Of a stretch of 38,742 nt of DNA, positions 1-9,943 are shown in pieces. Each line of letters opens with the position of its first letter. The first letter of the stretch is position 1. Under the pieces are notes generated by a model that did no database searches, was not told the origin of the DNA, and saw only the letters and a list, made by a program, of their open reading frames with translations. Origin of the DNA: Barthelona sp. PAP020. Its lineage: Eukaryota. The translations under genes were made by a program, and so were the position numbers. Location: contig JARQWU010000071.1 of the NCBI GenBank assembly GCA_040182905.1, positions 1 to 38,742 of the forward strand, given 5' to 3'.

Positions 1-313
1 CTCAATTCCCCCCTGGGATTTTGACTGAAATCTGGCAGAATGTATTTTCTAAGTTTACTTTCTTTGTAAATAAATATAGTTGTTTCACAACTGGACCAAA
101 ATAAAATAATCTCAAACACATGTTATTGAATGGCAAAAGAATCTTTTAAAATTTTATTGAAAAGAATAGTATTCATCAATAAAGGAGAAATAATTCAAGC
201 CTTTCTTTCGCTTGAATTAAGTGGAACTAAAAATAAAAATAAAAAACATTTATTTATTTTATTTTAATTTATTTTCTAAAAAAAAAAAAAAGGGACTCAA
301 TTTACCAAAGAAA

Positions 314-1093
314 TTATTGATTTTTTTTGTAATTTGTACGGTGGCCGTATCTTCTTCTGTGTTGCAATTGCTTTTGTCTGATAGCTTGTTGATACTTTTG
401 TTTTTGATTCTCTTGATTTTCTTTCAGTTTTTCATAAGTATCCTTGCTTACACCATACATCATTCGATTATACCAATCAATATTACCCTGTGTAGGCTTG
501 ATTCTCAAATATCTAGAAAAGACAAATATCATCAACCAATTATAAACCCAAATCAATACTTTGAAGGGAATTAATAAAATTTGAACAGGTAAAATAGACT
601 GCCAAGTTGGTTGCTTTGGTCCACCAACAATATCTAAATCATGAGTCAGAATAGCTTCTGGTCCATGTTTTTCCATCAATTGAAGTAACATTCTTTTTGT
701 AAAATTTTTATAACGACGATTTATATATATCCAATGAATAATACATGCAACAATGAAAAATGAAGGCAATAAAACTTTTGGAGAATATTGATAAGGAGGA
801 TTTAAAAGATATCTTTCTAACTGTTGATCATACATTTTTCTTTTATCAGCATCAGTTAAAATTTCTTTTGCTTCATTAAGATGAATTGTGATCATTTCAG
901 CTTTTCGAGACGGATTCTTATCAGGATGATATTTTTGTGTCAATAATCGATAAGCTTTTCTTATTTCTTTTGTTGAGGCATCTTGTGTTACATTCAATAT
1001 TTGATAATAATTGATAAAGTTTTTAGCTTGAACACAAGTTGAAGAAATGAAAATAATTAACATGAATACGCTCAATTGTTTGACTGAAATCAT
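314..1093 (-). CDS. ER-type DnaJ/Hsp40 co-chaperone with signal peptide and downstream membrane segment(s) (DNAJC25-like architecture)
   Basis: Hydrophobic leader ([17 protein letters not shown]), then J-domain NYYQILNV...[17 protein letters not shown]...AKEILTD..KRKMYD with HPD motif, then hydrophobic helices and a basic tail. First ATG is at 1093; the ORF track starts at a TTG (1102). Confidence 0.9.
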   Translation of the reverse strand: MISVKQLSVFMLIIFISSTCVQAKNFINYYQILNVTQDASTKEIRKAYRLLTQKYHPDKNPSRKAEMITIHLNEAKEILTDADKRKMYDQQLERYLLNPPYQYSPKVLLPSFFIVACIIHWIYINRRYKNFTKRMLLQLMEKHGPEAILTHDLDIVGGPKQPTWQSILPVQILLIPFKVLIWVYNWLMIFVFSRYLRIKPTQGNIDWYNRMMYGVSKDTYEKLKENQENQKQKYQQAIRQKQLQHRRRYGHRTNYKKNQ

Positions 1094-1476
1094 TTTAACC
1101 AAATCGAATGAGCAATGAATATAAAAAATCTGATTTAATTTTATGTTCCTTTTCTTTTTCTTTTTTATTCAATAAGAATAATTTGACATTAAATTTAGTA
1201 TTCACTAATATTAATTGTCAATAATATCAATAAAAATAACAACCAATAGGCTGTTGAAAACACCAAACATGTTCTTTTTAGAAAGTTGGCTTTTTTTTTT
1301 CACTTTGCCTGTTTTTTTGAGAGTGTTTTTTGTTTTATGAGTATTGGTTCAGAAATTCGCCTTTGAAAACAAAGAAAAAGAAAGAAAATTGTGGCTGTCT
1401 CAACCTCTTTTAGAAAAAACTTCAAAAAAAAGTTTTCAGCAAGAAAAATATGCAAAAACAAAAAGAAAAGGAATGT

Positions 1477-4314
1477 TTATAATTCATCATGATCATTTTC
1501 ACCAGAAAGACAACCATCTTTATCATCAAATGAACAAAATTCATCGTTGTTATTATCTTCAATGTCTTCCACAACTTGATCAAATTCAAATTCAAATGAA
1601 TCATCATCTTGTGTATATTCTTGAGAAAACTCTTCTTCATTCTCAATTTTAGGTTCATCAGTTTCAAACTGTGTTTCTGAGTCAATATTGGTTTCTTTTG
1701 AAGAATTACTTTGTGATGTGTTAAAAAATTCTGTTTGATTAACGTTTGTTGTTTCATTGAAAGAAGTACTGTTGGCATTAGCATTTTTTAATTTTTCTTC
1801 TAATTCCATTTCTCTTTTAATTTTTTTCAAATGTTTTGATCTGGCTTCTGAAAATTTGGCTTGAATTCTAACGATATAATTTTTTGTTTCCTTTTTAAAA
1901 GACTTTTGACGTTTCATAACATTTGTTTGGTCAAAATCAAAAGGATTTTTCTTTTGGAATATACCTAACAAGAATGTCTTTGTTGAGTTCAATTCAATTT
2001 CAAAAATATTTATCAAAGTTTCGAGAGAACTTTTATCAGTACTTGTTAAATTATATTCAAAAGTTTCAAATTTATTTGTTAAATTTCTAAACGCTAATTC
2101 TTTTTCAAAATAGGCAGACGTAAATGAAGAAAATATTTGAGCAAATAATTTAATGTTGTCCAAACTCTTTTGAATCTTTAAAAATGGTTTTAAAATTTGC
2201 AACGACACATTATGATACAAATTTTCAGCAATTTTTAAATTTTCAACTATTTTTGTAATGTTGTTTCCTGTCAGCAAATATCCATAATCATATTCGAAAT
2301 CTAACAAAAACTCTTCTGCTTCACTAGCTTGAGTAAGAATATCTTGAAACTTCTCTTCAGTAACAACATCATACAAAGGCTTATTTAAATTGGGTAGATT
2401 AATCACATCAATATTATGTTTTTCCAGTAATTTGTTCAGTTTAGTAAATTGATCTTGTAATTTCTTTTGACCATTAATCTTTCCTTGAGAATCTTCCAAT
2501 TCACGAACTCTATATATTGATTTCTCAATTGCATTATGTTTTTCACTGATTGAATGACGTAAACGATCAGCCTTATTGAATAACTCCAAGTTTTGGGAAA
2601 GTGAAGGCTCAGAGAAGATCTTAGAAGAAACACAATTAATTTCAAGATTGTGCCTAGCTTCGTAAGGAATGGGAATTTTTTCCGATTTGAATAAGCCAGT
2701 TTTTGTCTTATTTACTTTTACAAGCGTAAAAGATGCAACAGCACTGGATAATTTTATTTTTCCATCAGCGGCATGTTGAAAAGTAAGGCGAACCTTAGGT
2801 AATGCTGTAACATTGGCAATAAGTTCCTCATCATTATCAACAATATCTTTTAAAGAGCTTTCACGCAATTTGATAATCTTTTCGAAATCACTAATCGTAC
2901 AAATCAACGATAATCCATTGACTGGTCCAACATTTACTGAAAAATCAACGTCACGATTCATCACGACGGATCTTACACCGGGAATGGAAGGTTTATCTGA
3001 AGAAAATATGACTGAACCAATACTTTCATTGTCAGAGGATACATAAATATCTTCTAAAGCAGGTTCTTGAAAACCGAAAGAATTAATCATAAATATGGGG
3101 TGTTCACGCATACCAAGCAACACACCACCAGTAGCAATACTTTCATCAGCATTAATAAAGGCCGAAAGTCTACCGTATTCTCCTTCAAGTGCATTCAATA
3201 AAATTGGCACTCTTAAACTTCCTCCAAGAGGTATTACCATCTTTATGTCTTCGTTTGAAACATTGGCTTGATTAACTACGTTCTTTACTGTGTTCATTAA
3301 CGTGTCACGGAAATCCAACAAAGCTTCACTCTTGTATAAAGCTTCACGTGAAACACTCAATTTATAGGTTTTTCCAGATACATAAACAGACGAATGTCCT
3401 TGTTGATTTACACTCAATACGTGTTTGATTTTTTCAGCTGCCTTTAACAACTGTTGTTTGGTACGAACAGTCATAGAATTAGTAATTTCAGGAGGAAACA
3501 GATTCAATATGGCTTCATCCACAATACTGCCACCAATATGAGCATGACCACAACCTAAAACTTTTATGGAACCCAATTTTTTTTTTGAAGAAGATTTTTT
3601 GAATTTCGCTACACAAACTTGGGTTGATTTGTGACCAACATCTAATAATAAACCAACTGTTCCGTTTGAATTAAAGGAATCTTTTTGAGAAAAGAATAAC
3701 TGAACACTGGCAGCAGAAACCATTCTGGGAACTGCTAAGACACTAATTTGCAATGATTCACACATTTCAATCAAATATTCTTCTTGATAAGCGGTAAATG
3801 AATGAGGTATGTTGAAAACAACATCAGAAACTTGAGATTCACTTTGTTTTTCAGCTTGTTCAATTATATGTTGCAAAAACATTGAAACTAATGATGTAAT
3901 TGAAAAATCTAATGAGTCATCTTCAGAACCTAATCTAATCCCAAAGTGATCATTTTCCAAACGAATCAAATTGAGATCATTATCATTATTAAATGGAGAT
4001 TTACAAACATTATCTTCGTTACATTCTTCAGGATTGACTTTTAATCCCAACAAATGAAACGGTACAGATGTTACATACTGGGGTTTTGAAGAAAAAAAAT
4101 CAGATGCACTTTTGCCAAAACGTCTTTCGCCATTAACAAAGGATATTGCATTTGGTATTGATCTTTTTCCAGATTCAGAAAAGACCACAGTGGGTATTGA
4201 ACCTTTCGCTTTCAATCCTGCTTTAATTGATTTTGAGCCAAAATCAACACTCAACATAGATGCTGAAACAGTTATCATCAATAAAATGATACTTAAAACA
4301 CCATATTTCAACAT
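1477..4314 (-). CDS. HYOU1: ER-luminal Hsp70-superfamily chaperone / nucleotide exchange factor, GRP170/HYOU1/Lhs1-like
   Basis: Signal peptide MLKYGVLSIILLMITVSA, then SVDFGS, SESGKRSIP, LLDVG, AEKIKHVLSVN, LGGSLRVP and INADESIATG Hsp70-family motifs; acidic tail ending HDEL. Start placed at the ATG heading the signal peptide (4314); an upstream ATG at 4368 is possible. Confidence 0.88.
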   Translation of the reverse strand: MLKYGVLSIILLMITVSASMLSVDFGSKSIKAGLKAKGSIPTVVFSESGKRSIPNAISFVNGERRFGKSASDFFSSKPQYVTSVPFHLLGLKVNPEECNEDNVCKSPFNNDNDLNLIRLENDHFGIRLGSEDDSLDFSITSLVSMFLQHIIEQAEKQSESQVSDVVFNIPHSFTAYQEEYLIEMCESLQISVLAVPRMVSAASVQLFFSQKDSFNSNGTVGLLLDVGHKSTQVCVAKFKKSSSKKKLGSIKVLGCGHAHIGGSIVDEAILNLFPPEITNSMTVRTKQQLLKAAEKIKHVLSVNQQGHSSVYVSGKTYKLSVSREALYKSEALLDFRDTLMNTVKNVVNQANVSNEDIKMVIPLGGSLRVPILLNALEGEYGRLSAFINADESIATGGVLLGMREHPIFMINSFGFQEPALEDIYVSSDNESIGSVIFSSDKPSIPGVRSVVMNRDVDFSVNVGPVNGLSLICTISDFEKIIKLRESSLKDIVDNDEELIANVTALPKVRLTFQHAADGKIKLSSAVASFTLVKVNKTKTGLFKSEKIPIPYEARHNLEINCVSSKIFSEPSLSQNLELFNKADRLRHSISEKHNAIEKSIYRVRELEDSQGKINGQKKLQDQFTKLNKLLEKHNIDVINLPNLNKPLYDVVTEEKFQDILTQASEAEEFLLDFEYDYGYLLTGNNITKIVENLKIAENLYHNVSLQILKPFLKIQKSLDNIKLFAQIFSSFTSAYFEKELAFRNLTNKFETFEYNLTSTDKSSLETLINIFEIELNSTKTFLLGIFQKKNPFDFDQTNVMKRQKSFKKETKNYIVRIQAKFSEARSKHLKKIKREMELEEKLKNANANSTSFNETTNVNQTEFFNTSQSNSSKETNIDSETQFETDEPKIENEEEFSQEYTQDDDSFEFEFDQVVEDIEDNNNDEFCSFDDKDGCLSGENDHDEL

Positions 4315-4388
4315 AATCAAGAAAATAAAAAAAATGATATCTCTTTTGTTGCTTGCCTTTTGATGCATTACCTTAAATTTTTTGACAT

Positions 4389-4856
4389 ATGCAAAAACAA
4401 TTGAATGTAATTGAACAAATATTTATCAAATATAGAAAATGCCAACTTAATTTTCAAGATTCCTTACAAAAAATTTCAATTTTTGACATAGACCTTGAGT
4501 CTAGTCCAATAGTTGTGGAAAAAGCATCCCAATACATTCGATTAGAAGAGTTATTGTTATTATTACAAGAAGATTATGAAACTTTGGTCAAATATTTACA
4601 ATCACTTCAATATAATTTGTTAAAATTGTCTATAACAAAATCAACTGCAAAAAAACAGTTAAAAAAGATTAATGATTACAAAACTTTGTGTGACCAATTA
4701 TTTGAAGAAAGTTTATTGTATCATACAATTTATGATTATATATTTCCTTCATTCAATATCAAAAATTTATCTTCTTTCTCATTTAGTCTTGAATTAAGAC
4801 CATTTGTTGATGATGAGTTGTTTTCAACAGTTTTTTCTAAAATTTCAACAAATTAA
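4389..4856 (+). CDS. Hypothetical protein, 155 aa, predicted helical
   Basis: ATG-initiated ORF filling the gap between two minus-strand genes; no family recognised. Confidence 0.6.
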   Translation: MQKQLNVIEQIFIKYRKCQLNFQDSLQKISIFDIDLESSPIVVEKASQYIRLEELLLLLQEDYETLVKYLQSLQYNLLKLSITKSTAKKQLKKINDYKTLCDQLFEESLLYHTIYDYIFPSFNIKNLSSFSFSLELRPFVDDELFSTVFSKISTN

Positions 4857-5020
4857 TAAAAATCTCATAAAATTAAGAAAAATGAACCTTTTTTGTCAAA
4901 ATTTGGTCTTATTTTCAGATTATTTTATTTTTTCTTTTTCTGTAATTTTAATGCATAAAAAAATGTTGAGTTGTTTATGAGTTAGACTATCGATACAGAG
5001 AGAAAGCATTGATAATTTTT

Positions 5021-7786
5021 TCAATTATAAATGTTGAATTTTCGCTTTTGAATTGTGGATTTGTGATTTTGGAAATCGTTATTGTCTTGATCTTGACTTT
5101 GTGCAGGAAATTTAAATTGTTTAAATGATTTTTTAGTGGATAAAACAGGACTACTACCAAATTTATCCACATAATATAATTGTTTCGTCGTTGTGGGTGG
5201 GGAAAAATGACTGTCAGAATTTTTGGATTTGTTCTTTTCAAAGCTTCGACTTCGAAAACGACTGGAATATTGTACAGCTTCAATATTCCAAATATCTTTG
5301 CAATAACTTTTAATCACTTCATCAGACGAAAAATCTTGCATTCTACTAATGCTAGAAAGACATTTTTTGGTCCAATCTATCGGATGGTTGTAAAAACTAT
5401 CCTCAATATCATCCCAAACTTGCAAATATTCCTCAAAGTCATATTTAATTAAATACTTATTCAAAAAGTATGATTGTAATAAGGGTTCAAACAAATGAAC
5501 TGGTCCAAATATTTCAGAATTTATCATATTTATGATGATATCAAATTTCTCACATTTGGTATGTCTACTGAGGGCAATTTCTTCAAGGGATTCAGCCAAA
5601 GATTCAAAAGATAATCTTAAGGGAAAATGATTCTCCACGCCACATTTGTCGAATATCTCTTTTGTACACGCTTCCCAAGTTCCTAACACAAGTGTACCAT
5701 TCAAAACTGCTTTAATTTGTCCAGTTCCACTTGATTCAGATCCAGGAATGGACAATTGTTCAGTGATATCCAATCCAGGTATTATTTCTTCAGCTTTAGT
5801 AACATTATAATCTGGAATTATGACTAATTTTAGCAAATTATTCACCCTTTGATCGTTATTTACAACATTTGCAATACAATGCGCAAACTTAATTAAACAC
5901 TTCATAACTGCATCATGTCGATAAGCTTTTCCCGACAAAATAATTACCCTTGGATATTTTACAGAATGTTCATTGACAATCAAATGATAACGATAAATTA
6001 TCGCAAATAACAATAACAGGTGTCTTCTTGCTGAACGAAAGCCTTTCACATAACCATCAAATAAAGCACAGCTTGACACAGCGACCCCAGTTTCTGAAAA
6101 AATAAATTGTGCCAATCTTTCTTTGTTTTGTTGTTTAATGATTTGAAATTGTTGAATGACATCAAAACTATCAATCACACTTGATAAATCACTTAATTTG
6201 GATGAATCAGTTACCCATGCTTTTGTGTTAAGAACTAAATCAAAGAATGTGCCCAACATAGGATTGGCATGCTTGATCCATCTGCGAAAAGAAACACCAC
6301 TTGACATGGTTAAGAATTTTTCTGGAAAAATCTCATATAGAACTGGAAACAATTCGTTGACTATTTTTTGACAATGAGTCAAACTAACACCATTGACATG
6401 ATGAGACCCAATAATGGCAAGATGTCCCATTTTCAATCTCTTTTGATTACTCTCTTGTATTAGTGACGCCCTACATAATTTATATGAATCATCTGGATAC
6501 AATTCTTTAACTAAAGTAAGAAATTCTTGATTTATTTGATAAATAATTTCTAAATGACGTGGTAGCACCTTTTTTAATAAATCTGTTGTCCAATGAAGCG
6601 TTTTTTTGTTACTAACCGTGTGAATAGTACATGAAAATAGCGCTTCAGATATCTTCCATGCTTGTTTCCATGAAATTTGTCGTTCATCATATAAGATACG
6701 GATCATTTCTGGTATAGCAAGACAAATTGTTGAAGCATTCAAATGTATAGCATTATATGTTGGTAATTCACATATATCTTTCTTTAATTTATCAAATGCT
6801 GAAAATATGTCTTGTAATGTAGCAGAAACAAAAAAATAATATTGTTTTAATCGATACAATTCCTCATGACTGGTTATATCTTCTGTAAACATAACAGCAG
6901 TCAATGTTTCAGCCTCTTGTCGTTCTTCTATTAAGGAATAATAATCTCCTTTGGAAAAAGAACTGAAATCAAACGCTTGAATAGGCATAGATGCCCATAA
7001 ACGAAGCGTCAAACAAGAATTAGAAACATATCCAGGAACTAACGTATCATAAGCAACAGCTTGAACAACAGAATCATTCTTCCATTCATAAATAGGAATT
7101 TTTCCGGTGGAATCAAAAGTTTTTGAAACAAAACCTCCAAATTTTACAGTGTGTGCGACATCTAAACGACGAATCAAAAAAGGATTACCATAAGTCAACC
7201 AATATTCTGGCATTTCAATTTGATATCCATTTTCAAATTTCTGTCTGAACATTCCATATGTATATCGAATACCATATCCAAATGCAGGCATATTTAAAGT
7301 GGCTAATGAATCAAAAAAACATGCGGCTATTCTTCCAAGACCTCCTCGTCCTAAAGCAGTGTCATGTTCTTCTTCAGCAATTATCTCCAGTTCACATGCA
7401 TATTCATGCAAAGCAATCTTAAATTCAGGGAGCAAATCTGTTTTTAAAAGATTGGTTGTGAATATTCTCCCCATCAACCATTCTAACGACAAAAAACTGA
7501 CTCGCTTTTTTTGAGATTCATTTAAAGCCATTTGAAAATACTTATTATCATCTATTAATCGTGTTTGTAAAGCGCCACCAGCTGCCATAAAAGCAGACCA
7601 ATTGTCTAAAGAATCATCGGAACGATTTAATGAGTATTTCAAATTATATATGAAGAATTTTTGAATTTGTCGATGTTCAAGTCTATTTTGAACAGTTAAT
7701 TGCTCTAACAAAGATGGAGAACAAGATAATTGTTTAGTTGGCTTTTCTAACCGCGTTCGTAGTTTCGCAATAGTTTCAGGATACAT
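5021..7786 (-). CDS. Glycogen/alpha-glucan phosphorylase family (GT35), active site degenerate
   Basis: LSLEWLMGR, ALGRGGLGRIAACFFDSLATL, GYGIRYTYGMFRQ, LRLW, RLKQYYFFVSATLQDI, VNGVS, and ESSGTGQIKAVLNG with the PLP-lysine position retained; C-terminal FSSDEVIKSYCKDIWN. Confidence 0.93.
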   Translation of the reverse strand: MYPETIAKLRTRLEKPTKQLSCSPSLLEQLTVQNRLEHRQIQKFFIYNLKYSLNRSDDSLDNWSAFMAAGGALQTRLIDDNKYFQMALNESQKKRVSFLSLEWLMGRIFTTNLLKTDLLPEFKIALHEYACELEIIAEEEHDTALGRGGLGRIAACFFDSLATLNMPAFGYGIRYTYGMFRQKFENGYQIEMPEYWLTYGNPFLIRRLDVAHTVKFGGFVSKTFDSTGKIPIYEWKNDSVVQAVAYDTLVPGYVSNSCLTLRLWASMPIQAFDFSSFSKGDYYSLIEERQEAETLTAVMFTEDITSHEELYRLKQYYFFVSATLQDIFSAFDKLKKDICELPTYNAIHLNASTICLAIPEMIRILYDERQISWKQAWKISEALFSCTIHTVSNKKTLHWTTDLLKKVLPRHLEIIYQINQEFLTLVKELYPDDSYKLCRASLIQESNQKRLKMGHLAIIGSHHVNGVSLTHCQKIVNELFPVLYEIFPEKFLTMSSGVSFRRWIKHANPMLGTFFDLVLNTKAWVTDSSKLSDLSSVIDSFDVIQQFQIIKQQNKERLAQFIFSETGVAVSSCALFDGYVKGFRSARRHLLLLFAIIYRYHLIVNEHSVKYPRVIILSGKAYRHDAVMKCLIKFAHCIANVVNNDQRVNNLLKLVIIPDYNVTKAEEIIPGLDITEQLSIPGSESSGTGQIKAVLNGTLVLGTWEACTKEIFDKCGVENHFPLRLSFESLAESLEEIALSRHTKCEKFDIIINMINSEIFGPVHLFEPLLQSYFLNKYLIKYDFEEYLQVWDDIEDSFYNHPIDWTKKCLSSISRMQDFSSDEVIKSYCKDIWNIEAVQYSSRFRSRSFEKNKSKNSDSHFSPPTTTKQLYYVDKFGSSPVLSTKKSFKQFKFPAQSQDQDNNDFQNHKSTIQKRKFNIYN

Positions 7787-8010
7787 CGAAAATAAATCAA
7801 ATAAATATTACGATGTGAAAAAATTCGAAAAAAAAAAATGAAGTTTTCCCCCCTTTCAAAATAAATCAAAAATCACATACGCCAGGTTTTTATTAATTTT
7901 TTATATGTAAGTAAACGTAATCAGTATTTGATTAAATTGAGAAATGAGTTTTAAATAATCTCGAATTAAAAAAAAAAAAAATATTCCTTTTTTATTCCAA
8001 TATTTTTAGA

Positions 8011-9741
8011 ATGTTTCAATTTGATGATAGTGATTATGAGGAAGATAATGTTCCTATTGAAAATGTCCCTGTTGAAATAGAAGACGAAGATCAAATTTAT
8101 TCCAACAGAACAACGTTTGGAGATTTAGGATTATGTTTGCCATTGGCAAGAGCAATTTCAAGAAATGGTTGGATTGAACCTATGCCTGTTCAATTAAAAT
8201 CAATCAAACCTGCATTATCTGGAAAAGATTTGTTAGTTTCTGCAATGACAGGATCTGGTAAAACAGCAGCATTTGTATTACCTATTTTGCAACGTATTTA
8301 TTCCACTTCATCAAATAAACGTGTTATTAAGGCATTAATTTTGACACCCAGTAGAGAATTGGCTTCACAAATTGATTCTGTCATTAAAAAATTGGCATTA
8401 TTTATTCCTGTTACTACTTGTCTAGTTGTTGGGGGTATGCCTATTGATCAACAACAAAAGGAGTTGAATAAATATCCTCAGATTGTTGTTGCTACACCTG
8501 GTCGTATTTGTGATTTGATATTAAATGCTAATTTAATTTTTGATGATTTAGAAGTCCTAGTTATGGATGAAGCTGATAAATTATTGGAGATTGGTTTCGA
8601 AAGTCAAATAGAAACTATTTTAACTGCGTTGCCACCACGTAGACAAACCATGTTATACACAGCTACTTGGACAACCAAAATTGAAAAATTATCTGATTTG
8701 AGTTTGGATAAACCAATAAGGATTGAGATTGATCCATTTTTAGAAACGCAAGAATTATTAACTCAAGAATTTATTAAAATTAAAAAAGAAGAAGAGCGTT
8801 TACCTATATTAGTTGGACTTTTAAAGGAAATTATTGAAAATGTTGAAAAAACAAATGAAGATTGTCCCAAAATTATTTGTTTTGTCAATACAATTATTGA
8901 AGTTCATCGCTTAAGAGCTTATTTAGAGACTTTTGATATAAAATCCATTGTTTTACATGGTAAATTAAGACAACAACAACGTATGAATGCTTTAGATTCT
9001 TATAAGAATCAATCAAGAGATGAATTATCATTAGTTGTATGTACAAATGTTTTATCCCGTGGTTTGGATATTTCTGGAATTGACTTAGTAATTAATTATG
9101 AATTAAGTTCTCAATTAAGTGATTATATTCATAGAATCGGTAGAACTGCACGTGCAGGAACTTCTGGAAAGACCATTACTATTGTTAATACCATAGAAGC
9201 AAGAGACAAGAAAATATTCAAAGGGATTTCCAAAATGTTGAAAGATTCACTTGAAAAAAGAAAAGACAGATTGCATAATCGTATTATTTCTCAAGAAGCA
9301 ATTGATTTCTTCAAAAATGAATGCAAATTAAGAAAAGAAAAGGTAGATGAAATGTTAAAACAAGAGTCTTATGATAGGAAAATTGAAGCTTTGGAAGAAC
9401 AAGTAAAAAAAGGTGAAAATATGATTGATCATTTTGAAGAGATCAAGAATGCACCTAAAAAAGTTTGGATGATGACTAAATCTGCTCAAATTGCTCAAAA
9501 AAGATTAGATAAATTGGCAAAGATGAATGCTTTGGAAGACGAAGAAAAATTATTGGAAAATCGCTTGACTAAATTTGAAGAAAAAAATAAAAAGAGGCCT
9601 AAAAAACATTTGTCTCACAAAGAAAAAAGAAAATTAGAAGAAAAGAGATCTAGATCCCACAAAGAGTTCAAAGGATTGCAAAATGCTCAAAAAGCTGCAA
9701 AAAGAGCTTTTAGAAAAAAGAAAAGAGACCCTTCAGAATAG
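8011..9741 (+). CDS. DDX27: DEAD-box RNA helicase, probably DDX27/Drs1 (60S biogenesis)
   Basis: Q motif, AMTGSGKTAAF, PSRELA, TPGR, DEAD, TAT (SAT position), SRGLDI, HRIGRTARAG; C-terminal GENMIDH..EI...PKKVW segment resembles Drs1/DDX27; K/R-rich tail. Family is firm, orthology less so. Confidence 0.85.
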   Translation: MFQFDDSDYEEDNVPIENVPVEIEDEDQIYSNRTTFGDLGLCLPLARAISRNGWIEPMPVQLKSIKPALSGKDLLVSAMTGSGKTAAFVLPILQRIYSTSSNKRVIKALILTPSRELASQIDSVIKKLALFIPVTTCLVVGGMPIDQQQKELNKYPQIVVATPGRICDLILNANLIFDDLEVLVMDEADKLLEIGFESQIETILTALPPRRQTMLYTATWTTKIEKLSDLSLDKPIRIEIDPFLETQELLTQEFIKIKKEEERLPILVGLLKEIIENVEKTNEDCPKIICFVNTIIEVHRLRAYLETFDIKSIVLHGKLRQQQRMNALDSYKNQSRDELSLVVCTNVLSRGLDISGIDLVINYELSSQLSDYIHRIGRTARAGTSGKTITIVNTIEARDKKIFKGISKMLKDSLEKRKDRLHNRIISQEAIDFFKNECKLRKEKVDEMLKQESYDRKIEALEEQVKKGENMIDHFEEIKNAPKKVWMMTKSAQIAQKRLDKLAKMNALEDEEKLLENRLTKFEEKNKKRPKKHLSHKEKRKLEEKRSRSHKEFKGLQNAQKAAKRAFRKKKRDPSE

Positions 9742-9943
9742 TTTCAAAAATATTTGTTTCTTTTTTTTTTTTGAACTTTTTGAACTCTTTGAATTTCATG
9801 TGTTCAATACGGTAAATTAATAAGTTTCATCATTATCTTTTTTATTTATTTATTTTTAGTTTTTGCAAGACAGGAATCAAGCCAAAAAAAAAAAAAAAAA
9901 ATACATAAAAAAAAGTTTTTACTCACAAATAAAAATTTTTGAA

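Noticed and set aside
1..110. Possible gene fragment at the window start
   Set aside because: Only short open frames with no recognisable motif; strand and frame cannot be assigned.
1243..1262. CCAAT upstream of the ER DnaJ gene as a possible ER-stress element
   Set aside because: Lacks the N9-CCACG half of the ERSE consensus.
7907..8009. GTAAGT...TTTAG candidate intron upstream of the DEAD-box helicase
   Set aside because: Splicing would not create an upstream in-frame ATG, there is no clear branch motif, and it is much longer than the supported intron; at most a 5' UTR intron, unsupported.
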